Positions 23,325 to 34,462 of a stretch of DNA of 64,000 nt are shown in pieces. A program made the translations under genes and the position numbers. The DNA is from Camelus dromedarius (Eukaryota). The stretch lies in contig NC_087438.1 of the NCBI RefSeq assembly GCF_036321535.1, positions 4,714,001-4,778,000 on the forward strand. Direction: 5' to 3'. Below the pieces are notes generated by a model that saw only the letters and a program-made list of their open reading frames with translations, did not search any database and was not told the origin of the DNA. Position 1 is the first letter of the stretch, and each line of letters opens with the position of its first letter.

Positions 23325-25412
23325 TTATTTTATTTTATTTTCAGCTCTATTACAGTATAATTGACTAATAAAATTGTAAGATAATTAAAGTGCACAGCAT
23401 GATGGTTTTGTTATGTATACATTGTAAAAGGGTTTCCCCATCAGGTTAATTAACACATCCATCACCTCACGTATTTACCTTTGTGTGTGTGTGGGTGTGT
23501 GTGTGAGAACATTTAAGCTCTACTTTTTTAGTGAATTTCAATGATATTATAATAATGCTATCAACTACAGTCACCACATTATACATTAGATCCTCAGACC
23601 TTATTCATTTTTTTTGCATTCTTTTTATTGAGGTATAGTCAGTTTACAGTGTGTCAATTCCTTGTGCACAGCATAACGTTTCAGTCACATGCATATATAC
23701 ATATATTCCTTTTCATATTCTTTTTCATTATAGGTTACTACAAGATATTGAATATAGTTCCTTGTGCTGTACAGTATAAACTTGTTTATTTTGTATACAG
23801 TAATTAGTGTCTGCAATAAACATTAATTTATCCCTTTCCACCCACTTGGCCCCTTTATAATCATGTGTTTGTTCTCTATGTCTGTGAATCTGTTTCTGTT
23901 TGTGTCTTTTCTTTTTTTTAAGATTCCACAAATAAGTGGTATCATATGGTATTTTTCTTTCTCTTTCTGGCTTACTTCACTTAGTATGATGATATCCAGC
24001 TCCATCCATGTTGCTGCAAATGGCATTATGTTATCATTTTTTGTGGCTGAGTAGTATTCCATTGTATAAATATACCACATCTTCTTTATCTGGTCATCTG
24101 TTGATGGACATTTAAGTTGCTTCCATAACAGACTTTATGCATTTTAAAACCAGAAGTATGCACCTCCTTACCAACCTCTTCCCACATGCCCCACCCTTCA
24201 GCCCCTGGTGACTGCCTTTCTACTACTAGTTTCTATCAGTTTGATTTTTTTTTTAAGATTTCACAGGTAGGTCATATCATTCAGTGTCTGCCTTTGTATG
24301 TTTGTCTTGTTTCACTTAGCATAATGTCTCCCAGTTTCCACAGTGTTGCACGTGGCAGGGTTTCCACCTTTCTCGTGGCTGAGTGACATTCCATTGTGTA
24401 TACAGGTACCACGTTTTCTCCAGCTGTTCCTGTTGACTCCACACCTTGGCTCCTGTGAATGATGATCCCACTCAGCTCCTGCATACAGACTGGTTGGAAG
24501 CCAGAGCCTCTGGCAGCAGCTGGAAAAGCATGCAGTTGAGCCCCTTCCTGGGAGACGCTGGGTGATGGGCATTTTCGCCTGCTCCCCCGGACGAACCCAG
24601 GCATATGGCCGTGGAGGCATGCTCCTGTGCCCGATAAGATCTGCTTCCTTGTTTGCTAGAGTCCTGGGGGGGCTCACAGATGCAGCCTCCGCTGGCCATC
24701 AGAGCCAGGTGATGCAGGGGCCTGTACCTCAGGCAGTAGCTGCAAAAGCTGGGGTGCAGATGTGTGTACAAGCTCCTTCCAGGGAGATACCGGTGACGTG
24801 GACCAGGCTAGAGGGAGATGGCAAGAGAGAGTCCAGCAGCTTCCCCTGTCTCTGGGGAGGATGTGCATGGCCTCCAAATGCGTGCTAATGAGAAACCTGA
24901 CCTCAGGAGCAGCTTTTATGTTGGGCGGATGGACCCCTTTCAGGGAAGGACTGAGAGCTGGACGTGTCTCCCTCTGCGCTGAGCCCTGGGTGGGTCGCTG
25001 CAGCGTCCACTCACGCCCTTTTACAGCTGCTTCCTTGTTTGCACGGGTCTCTTGGGTCTCCTGGATGCACATCCCCCTGGCTTTCAGAGCTAGGTTTCTA
25101 GGGTTTAGGGCCCGCCCCTCAGGTGGGAGTCTTGCCGTTGGGGTGTGAGTGTGGAGTCCGAGCCTCTTCCTCTTTAGGGAGAAGCTGGGAGTTAGGAGCT
25201 CCTTCCAGCTTGCACGGCACTGTGCCGGGGGCAAGGGGCTTGTGCTAAGTGTGTATCTCAGCCCTTCCCACCTGTTTGGAGGTAGGTGTTTTCTCACCCA
25301 CCTGACGTCTAAGAGTCACGCAGCAGTTTCTGGATTTCTTTCAGAGGGAATTTCTCTGGATGTAGCTAAGCATTTGGTGTGTCCATGGGAGGAGGGGAGC
25401 CCAGGAGCCTCT
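23325..25412 (-). mobile_element. L1 with near-complete 5' UTR joined directly to the ORF2 tail/3' UTR (ORF1 and almost all ORF2 absent); host of a nested L1
   Basis: The minus strand from 25412 reads gaggctcctgggctcccctcctcccatggacacaccaaat..., the recalled start of a laurasiatherian L1 5' UTR. Junction to catcattcacaggagccaagg at 24464/24465. 3' UTR and T-rich tail near 23325-23340. Confidence 0.75.
23612..24128 (-). mobile_element. Younger artiodactyl/camelid L1 3' end nested in the older L1
   Basis: ORF 23823..24080(-) MWYIYTMEYYSATK..IMPFAATWMELDIIILSEVSQKEK. 17-bp TSD cagaccttattcatttt (23595-23611) / cagactttatgcatttt (24129-24145). Confidence 0.92.
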
Positions 25413-26972
25413 GCTTTTTAAAAAGATGACAAACCTTTTCTTCTGGCGCCAAGTTGGAAGTTCTTCAAATTAAATATACACTGGGTTCTAGAAAGAATAG
25501 TTTTATATTGTGCCTGTCACTTACACATTTTATCAAACGCTGGGCACAGGCTCCGACGTTCTGCTCTGCGACGTGATTTAAGGAGGTAATTTGTGCATTG
25601 ATTTATGTTTAGTACACTTGCCAACAAACTGCTGTCCTTAACAGTCTCATTTCCCTGCTGGCAGCTGGACCTGGATGGAGCGAACAACCCACCTGGGTGT
25701 CAGGTGGGCCTTCCCAGCCGTGCAGAGAGCAGACTGCTGTGTCACCCTCGTGCGTGAGTCTCCACTCTGGCTGTCACCCGACAGGCAGAGCTGTCACTGT
25801 GCAGGCACCACTTAACAGCCAGGCTATTCCTTGTCAAATGTCCACGGTTTCCATACAGGCAAGTGAAATGAACCAGTGTAACTACAAATGGTGGGACTAT
25901 TTCTTTGGTTCGCTTGGGTTCTTGGACCTTTTTGACAAAACCTATAATGGTGTCTCTGTTAGTCATCCATGTAGCTTTAATGCCTAATAGATGCTGTGGG
26001 ATGTACTGGCCAGCACTGACCTTGCCATGCATAGTTTTTCTGGGTTCTGCAGTCAATTCTCTATTATTAAGGAATTTTGAGAAGAATTCTGATAGGGTGA
26101 CAAGCCTCGTGACTCTTTCCAGCTATTGGACCTGTGAACCACACCACCACAAAATCACACGATGGTCTGAAACGCAAGTACGATGGTCTCAGCCCTCTTG
26201 ACACAGCTGAGGGAAGGATGGGTATCAGTGGGTTTTAGTTCTCTTCCGTCACCCAGATGTGTGGCTCCGCCTTGGAGAGGGCGCGAGGTGTGTTTGTGGA
26301 GCCCCAGCACCTGACACGTCCAGCCTCAGACGGGCTATTTGGGCATCAGGTGGGCTCTCATTCGCAGGCAAGTGTTCATAGGTTGTCTCTAACTTCACGA
26401 TGCCTACACAGAGGCGCCAGGCTCTGGGTTTACCGCCTCCCCTCCCCCTTTGCTGATGACTCCCTGGAAGTGACTAGACAGAGGAAGACAGTCTTAAGTG
26501 TGTGTCTAGGTCTGTACGTACAAACGATCTCACACTCTCTGCAGAGCTCTTCGTGCGGCTGACAGTGGAGTGTTCCTCCCATCTCTTCAGAGACTGAGGA
26601 TTAATCTTTAATCTCATCCAGAGCACTGGACCACAACTAACATACGCTGAGATCATATATTTAATTGCAACTTCTGAAAAATCACTGGCAGAGTAAAAGG
26701 CAGTAGCTTGTACAGCATCTAGAAGGAGGACTAAATAGTAAGAAAATGACCATCTGCCTAAAAATGTCTCATCAGACAAAGATCAAAGGAAGCCATCACT
26801 AAAATGCAGCATGAATTCTGCCTGACGGACTCACAGTTGTTAGACTCAGCAGGTAGAATTAACTAATGTTAAATTATATATATACATATCCCCTCACAAC
26901 TCAAAGGCTCTATGACTTAAAAATACCTTTATTATGAAAATAAGACACACATAATTTATAATTTTTGCCACC

Positions 26973-27452
26973 TGTGATGGCTAATTTTATGTATCACCTT
27001 GACTAAGCCAAGGAATGGCCTGCGAGCTGGTAAAACATTACTTCTGGGCATGTCTGTGAGGGTGTTTCCGGCAGAGATGAGCACCTGCAGCAGCACAGAA
27101 GATCTGCCCTCACTGACGTGGGCAGGCGCCGTCCAGCTCATCGGGGGCTGGACAGAACAAAAGGGCAGAAGGCACATTTTCTCTCTCTGCTTGAGCTGGC
27201 TGTCCGTCTTCCCCTGCCCGCACACGTCAGAGCCCCTGGCTTTTGGACCTTCGGACGCCAGTGGTCACCCAGTTCTAGGGCTCAGGACTCAGGCTGAGGT
27301 ATACTCCTGGCTTTCCTGGTCCTCCAGCTGCAGACAGCTGACTGTGGGACTTCTCAGCCTCCATCACTGCATGAGCCAATTCCTGTAATAAATCTCTTAT
27401 TTCTGTCTCTATAGCCCATAGGTTGTTTCTCTGGAGAACCCTGACTAACCCA
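26973..27452 (+). mobile_element. MLT2 (ERVL) solo LTR
   Basis: Starts tgtgatggctaattttatg, ends ctggagaaccctgactaaccca. 5-bp TSD ccacc at 26968-26972 and 27453-27457. Confidence 0.9.
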
Positions 27453-27483
27453 CCACCCGACTAAGACCTAGGTTGTGTACCAT

Positions 27484-28025
27484 TGTTACCAACCAGGGTT
27501 CTTGAATTCCTTAATCAATAGAAATTGAAAAGAGGTCAGATGAGAAATTCAGGCAAAGCTTTTCTGGAATTCCTGCTGCAGCATGAGGTAGCAAAAATAA
27601 GAAACATTTTCCCTTGCTCACTTCCTGAGCGGGGGCGAGCAGGTCTCTTAAATGGGGTGAAGGTGGGGGCAGGCCCAGGGGTCTGCTGGAGGGGGGGTTT
27701 AAGTGGTCTGCCCACCCCCTTGGTGGTGCTGTGTGCAGGGAGCACACACAGAGCCTTGCTTTTGCTCCCAGCATCTCAGAAGTGGCAGTTGGGTTTTTGG
27801 TCTTTTTGTATCTTATTCTTAATTTGCCCCAACTGCGCACACACACAGTTATTTTTAGTCCCTTGTAGTTTCTTTGTGCTCTGTTGCTGGAGGAGCTATT
27901 TGCCTGGGTGCAAGCACTGCAGCACAGGGTCCCAGGTCCCAGGTCCCAGGTCCCAGCCGGTCTCACCTTGGTGTCTTTGTGTCCCGGCGTTTCGTTAATA
28001 TCAATGCCGCCTCCTACTTGCCTCA
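27484..28025 (-). mobile_element. ERV1-type solo LTR, probably lineage-restricted
   Basis: The minus strand ends caagaaccctggttggtaaca (typical U5 end). Internal (ggtccca)x4 near 27928-27955. The 5' boundary is uncertain (28003 or 28025) and I found no TSD. Confidence 0.7.
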
Positions 28026-28249
28026 GGGATGGCAAATCGCGGTGACCATGTCATGTTACATAATCTTCTTATGTCCTCTCCAGCCACCATAAATCCAGGG
28101 CAGGCACTTCAGAAATAACTAGCTCTTTATAATAACTTTATGTCTAAAAGTAAAGCAGATGGTGAGTAACTCAGGGTCTGCTCTCACGCTCACAGCAACA
28201 TGGGGAAGACGCATAAGAAAAGAGATAGTTGTATAATGAGCTATGCAAT

Positions 28250-28597
28250 ACAGCGAATGATGCAATGAAGGTGTAAGTCATAGAAGCCAAGAAGGAAAAT
28301 GCTTCAGGAAAGATGAACTGGTCAACTTTGACAAATATTTCTGGTAGATCCAGGAAAATGAGGACAGCAATGTGGCCGTTGAGTTTGGTATTAAGGGGGT
28401 TGTTAGTGGCCCTTCCACGTGCAGTGTAAGTATCAGGCAGCCAAGCGATGGGCGAAGAAAACCTGTTGGAATGAGTGGAGCAGCAATGAGATGTAAGTGT
28501 TTGGAGGCAATACTGATAAACTTCTTTTCTGGAAGAAAAGTGCTGTGAAGGAGAGAGGAGACTGGAGGTGGGTATGAGGGCCAAGGGAGGAGTTTTT
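28250..28597 (-). mobile_element. L2 RT-region fragment (continues ~29211-29300 after the L1 insertion)
   Basis: ORF 28171..28635(-) TNNPLNTKLNGHIAVLIFLDLPEIFVKVDQ resembles the L2 RT motif VLILLDLSAAFDTVDH. Confidence 0.75.
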
Positions 28598-29210
28598 CCT
28601 TCTGGTTTTATTGAAATAAAATGGATATACATCATTTATGAGTTTAAGGTGTACAGCATAACGATTTGACCTCCATACATCATGAGATGATGGTCGCAAT
28701 AAGTTTAGTGAACAGCCATCAACTTATATAGATACAAAGTAAAATAACATTTTTCCCTTGTGATGAGAACTCTCAGAATTTACTCTCTTAACAAATTGCA
28801 TATATAACATACAGCAATGTTACTTACACTTATTTTGTTGTACATTATATTCATAGTATTTATTTATCTTATAACTAGAGATTTGTGTATTTTGACTGCT
28901 TTCATCCATTTCTCCCTTCTCCCCACCCCCTGCCTGTGGGAAACACAAATCTGATCTCTGTTCCTATGAATCTGCTTGTTTATTCATTTGTTTCTGAAAT
29001 ATGATTGACCTACAACACTATGTTTGTTCCTGGCACACAGCATAGTGACTTTACACGTTAATACATTACACAATGATCGCCATGACAAGACTGCTTACCA
29101 CCTGTCACCATACAGAGATACCACATCATTTTTTGCTATGTTCCCCACGATGTGCATTTCATATCCTTGCCTCATTCATTTTATGACTGGAAATTTTTAC
29201 CTCTTAATCT
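28598..29210 (-). mobile_element. L1 3' UTR insertion into L2
   Basis: Antisense L1 3' UTR. 15-bp TSD aagggaggagttttt (28583-28597) / aaggaaggatttttt (29211-29225). Confidence 0.85.
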
Positions 29211-30035
29211 AAGGAAGGATTTTTTTTTTTTTAAGATAGAAAGATGTTTATGTAATGATGGAATTAACCAGTAGAGAAAAAGAAAATTGATGTGCTGTGG
29301 AATTAAATCGTACAGTGCACATAAAACTATGAAACAAGTACAAATGAGGGAGGAGAGTGGAGGTAATGATAATAATCAATTTTCAAAAATGTTGCATTGT
29401 GTCTAATTATAAAAAGCTTCTATGGTCACCATAGAAATCACAGAAAAATATAAAAGAACAAATTTAAATTACCCAGAAATCAATCATTCTTAAATAACTT
29501 GCTTTAATACTAACTCTACTCTGCCTTGTTTATTGCAGTTTTATATTCAGTATTAATGTTCAGTAAGGAAAGCTTCCTTCATTAATTTTACAGTATCTTT
29601 TTAATTATCTTTGTTTATTTTTCCAGAAGAACTTCGAATCCATATTGTGATGTAACAAAATACACTATTGGGGTTTTAATTTAACTTTGAATACATGTAC
29701 GATAACTTTGTAGTAGTCAGTCTTCCTATCACCATATTTCATATTTTCAAGTCATCTTTATTTTCCTTTAAGAAACATTTTCCTCTTTTTCTTCATAAAG
29801 GTCCTGCTCATATCTTGTTAAGCTGGTGCCCAGGTATTTTGTTATTTTTGTTATCGTGGAATGTTTTTATTTTACTAATTGTCACAATGTAGTAGTTTAT
29901 CACTGATAGTAGCTCAGAAATGTTCAAGGGACTTTAGCTTTGAGGGTTTTGATCCAAATCACTACAGACAATAAAGACTGAAAAAAAAAACTTTTGTTTG
30001 TATAATTCTTTCAAACTTTATCTAAAATCAGCATC

Positions 30036-30938
30036 CACCCTCTTAGCAGGTTTTAAGTGTACAGCACAGGACTCTTAGCTCTAGGAATGCACAGTGCACC
30101 AGCTCTCTAGGACTGATTCTTCCTGTATAACCAAAACTTTGTCCTCTTCGGCCAATTCCTCCCCATTTCCCCCCCACCAGCCCCAGGGAACCACCATTCT
30201 ACTCTCTGTTTCTCTGAGTTTGACTATTCCAGATTCTTCATATAAGTGAAAACATGTATTTGACCTTCTGAGTCTGGCTTGTTTTATTCAGCCTAATGTC
30301 CTCCAGGTTCATCCGTGTTGTCAGAAATGGCAGAATTCCCTTCTTATTTTAAGGCCGAATAACATTGTGTTGTGTGTACACACCACATTTTCTTTATCCA
30401 TTCATCTGTCAATAAACATGTAGATTGCTTCCACATCTTGGCTATTGTGAATAATACCACAATGGACATAGGAGAGCAGACACCTCTTTGAGTTTTGACT
30501 TCCATTCCTTTGGATACATACCCAGAAGAGGGTTTACTGGATCGTAAGGTAACCTTATTTTTCATAGTGGCTGCATCAACTTACACTCCCACCAGCAGTG
30601 TCCACAGGTTCCCTTTTCTCCATATCCTTGCCAGTCCTTGTCATTTTTTGTTTGTTTGTTTTTTCTTATAGCCGTCCTGACAGCTATGAGGTGATATCTC
30701 ATTGTGACTTTAATCTGTATTTCCTTGATAACTAGTTGTGTTGAGAACCTTTGCACATCTTATGGTAAGTGGTCTTGCTACCAAATAAGTGAGGTGAGAG
30801 GAAACTTTTGGAAGTGATGCATTTGTTTATGGCATTGATTGTGGTAGATTAATCTCTAAACTTACCAAGCTGCACACATGAAATATGTACAGCTTTTTAA
30901 GGTCAATCTTATCTCAGTAAAGTAGTTTAAAAATAAAA
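30036..30938 (+). mobile_element. 5'-inverted (twin-primed) L1MA8/9-like element: 30036-~30756 antisense, ~30757-30938 sense
   Basis: ORFs 30344..30565(-) and 30562..30756(-) are L1 ORF2 C-terminus. A sense 3' terminus with A-tail follows. TSD taaaatcagcatc (30023-30035) / taaaatcagtgtc (30939-30951). Confidence 0.85.
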
Positions 30939-31078
30939 TAAAATCAGTGTCATCAAGCTGATTGTTGACACAAGATATCAATACGCAGTGAGACTGAATT
31001 TAGCCCTAATATAAGGAGCTCAGCCTCTTCTACAAGGTATGCACGCTCTTCGCTTACTCATTTTTAACCAGAGGCATC

Positions 31079-31425
31079 TGCAGGACTGAATGCTTATGTT
31101 CCCCTCTCTCATCCCCAGATTCATGTGGTGAAATTCTGACCTTTGAGTTGACAGTATTTGGAAGTGGGGCCTTTGGGAGGGGACTTGGTCATAAGGGTGC
31201 AGCCCTCATGAAGGAGATTAGTGCCTTTATGAAGGACGCAGAGGGATTCCTAGCCCCCTCCACCACGTGAGGGCGCAGCTAAACGCTGCCTTCTATGAGT
31301 GAAGGAAATTGTTCTCACCAGGCATCGAACCTACCAGCATCTTGGGCTTCTCAGCCTCCAGAATTGTGAGAAGTGTTTGCTGTTTATAAGCCACCCAGTA
31401 TTTCTGTTATAGCAGTCTGAATGAT
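31079..31425 (+). mobile_element. MLT1A-like MaLR solo LTR
   Basis: ggactgaatg..., ggggcctttgggagg, cagcctccagaattgtgaga and ttataagccacccagt...gttatagcag. Confidence 0.85.
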
Positions 31426-31454
31426 TATCCAATAATCTATAAATAAATAATCTA

Positions 31455-32522
31455 CTTATTTATTTATTATTGAAATATAATTGACCTAAACGATACATTA
31501 TTCCCAAGTGCACAACACAGTGAGACAATATTTCAGTGCATTACAGAATGACCACCGTGCTGTCTAGTTACCATCAGTCATCCTATAAAGTTACTACAAT
31601 ATTATTGACTGTGTTCCCCAAGTTGCACCTGTCATCCCCGTGACTCACTTATTTTAAAGCTGGTGGTTTATACCTCTTAATTTTCCTCACCTGCTTCACT
31701 CATCTGCCCATCCCCCTCCCCTCTGACAACCACCTGTTTTCTTTGTGTATCCATGAGCCTATTTCTATTTTGTTATGTTTGTTTATTTGTGTTTTTTAAA
31801 ATAAGAATCCCACCTATAAATGAAATCATACAGTATTTTTCTTTCTCTATCTAATTTATTTTACTTAGCATAATACTCTATAGGTCCATCTGTGTTGTCA
31901 AAAATGGTAAGATTTCATTCCTTTTTATGGAACATTTTATGGAATATTTATACAATATTCCATTGTATATAAATATACACCATAATTTTTTTTATCCATT
32001 TATTGATTGATGAACACTTAGGTTGCTTCCAAATCTTGGCTCTTGTAAATAACGCAGCAATTAACTTAGGGGTACATATATCTTCAAATTAGTGTTTTTG
32101 TTTTCTTTTGGAAAAAAACTCAGAAATGGAATTGCTAGATTATATGGTAGCTCTATTCTTAATTTTTTGAGGAACCTCCATACTGTTTGCCATAGTGGAA
32201 ACACCAATTTACATTCCTACTAACAGTGCACGAGGTTTCCCTTTTCTCCACATTCTCGCCAGCACTTGGTATTTGTCGTCTTTTTGATATTTGCCATTCT
32301 GACAGGTGTGAGGTGATGCCTCGCTGTGCTTTTGATTTGCATTCCCCTGATGATTAGTGATGCTGAGCATCTCTTCATGTGCCAGTTGACCACCTATATG
32401 TCTTCTTTGGAATCTGAACCTGAAGATCTATTCAGGTCCTATGTCCATTTTTTAATTGGGTTGTTTGTTTTTTGATGTTATGTTTTATGCGTTCTTTGCA
32501 TATTTTGAATATTAACCCCTTA
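31455..32522 (-). mobile_element. L1 3' UTR plus ORF2 C-terminus
   Basis: Antisense L1 motifs gccattctgacaggtgtgaggtga and ttttttgaggaacctccatactg. Confidence 0.9.
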
Positions 32523-34309
32523 ATACCATGCTCACTTTTGATACTTTTGTTTAAAGAGTCCACACATAACTACTTCTTTGCAAATACTTGTATTCACAAC
32601 TATTGATTTTTCTAGGGGAGCTATTCTGATACGTGACAAAAAGCAAATACAGCCAAATGTTCTTTTCTTTCTTCATCTGAGATTGATTATTTCAACACTG
32701 AAATGACTAAAATGTAATCAATGCTCAGGAGACCAGGTTGTAAACAAATCACTGTTGGCTATAAAGGAGCAATTAACTGACGAAGACCCCGTACAACATA
32801 TTAATGTCTAACTGCAGATATCTGCTTCTCTGCTGCCCGCAGTGACATCAGTCTCGCCGTCACTGTCTGGTGGCAAGCTGTGGTACTGGAGCAGTTGACA
32901 AGTGTGCCTGTCACCTCGTAACAACCTCTGTGTAATCAAGTCACTGACAGGCATTTATTCCAAAAACACAAGAAGTGGCACATAAAATTTTGTTTTTCAT
33001 ATTTATCATTTGGAACTGCGTAATTTAAGGCCACTCATAACTCAACGCACTGCCAAATATTAAAATGTAAAATCGGGGAGAGAGGAGGCGGGGCAGCAGA
33101 AGTGGGGACCCTGGGCATTTGGGCCTCTTCTCCAGGTAACTTCCCTTTGTATTCCGCTCAGCCCAGCCCTCCGTGCACCACTTCCTTCTGGTGATCGAGG
33201 GCTGCCATACACGCCCAGCCTTTCAGCTTGGTGGAATGGACACCTGTGGGAAAAGAAGTTTGTCCCTGAAGAATTGTGAAAGCCTTTTCTGACTATCCTG
33301 GACTTTGAGTTTTCTCTCTTGATAATCAAATTAAAAAAAAGATTTTTATAAAGTCAGATGATTTTCAATATGGAGTCCTATATGTCAAACACATAATATT
33401 TTTTGTCAAAGCCTGAAGTGAGAAAGGCTCACATAACAGTATTTTAATAATTTAACATTTATATTGGCTCATTAGAATTGCTTAATTATTGGTTTGGGGA
33501 AATAGTAAATATGCCTTTAGATTATGAATTTTTCAAAATTGGCCGTGTAGATACTATCAAAATATGCTTTACAGGCTGATATATGAACACAAATCTTAGC
33601 TTATTGATAGGAACATAACCATTATAGAGAAGATACAGGAGATTAAAGGCTAGAAATACAAACATGATGCTGATCGTTCCTAAACATGCCAAAATGCAAT
33701 TTTACTAGCAACGCTTTTTGTCTCTGTTGTCTTAGCAAAATTTATATTTGTTGGGGCAGAGCTAAATTTTGGCCAGTTCCTCCGCCATCTCCTTTGAGGA
33801 AGGAAAATCTAAAGGAGCAAGACAGAACCTTTCAAAATGTCCTTCGTGACATTTTCTTATCTACAAGTGTCTGACTAGCCAGCAGGCATTGAATCACTCG
33901 CTGTAGATAAAGTCTCAGATGTGATTCAGCCGTCAACAAGACTGGCAGGTAGCCGTGAGTACCACTGTTATCATTTTATACCAGAGGGAGCCTGGGGATG
34001 CAGAGCTGGACTCAGGCGGGGTCGTGTGACGGTCTGGGCTGAAGCTCTCCTCTTCCTTCTCCAAGTTTCACCAGCACCTGTAAGTCAGGCGCTGCCCCAT
34101 CTTACAGAAGAGAAACTAAAGTTCAGAAAGGTTATCATATTATTTCATTCATTAGTTTATTCACTCACTTGATTTATCCATTCATCCATCCATCATTCAA
34201 TAAGCATCTACTTAGCAATTACTGTGTGTTAAGCCAGCATCCAGTCTTTTATTTTTCCTTGACATTAAGAAACGTTTGGCACACTTGATGACTCGGCAAC
34301 CTCCCAATT

Positions 34310-34462
34310 TTGGCTACTCTAAGTATGGTCCCTGGATCATAAGCTTGTTAGAAATGGGGACTCACGTGCCCCATCCCAGACCTACTGAATAATAACCTGC
34401 ATTGTAACGAAAGCCTCTTCCTCCTGGGGACTTGAATCTACATTCGTGTTTAAGAGGCATTG
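34310..34462. mobile_element. MER5A hAT-Charlie MITE
   Basis: ctactctaagtatggtccctgga...cttgttagaaatg...ccccatcccagacctactgaat. Confidence 0.75.

Noticed and set aside
24674..25297. 207-aa ORF and overlapping ORFs
   Set aside because: They lie in the GC-rich L1 5' UTR, where stop codons are rare in all frames.
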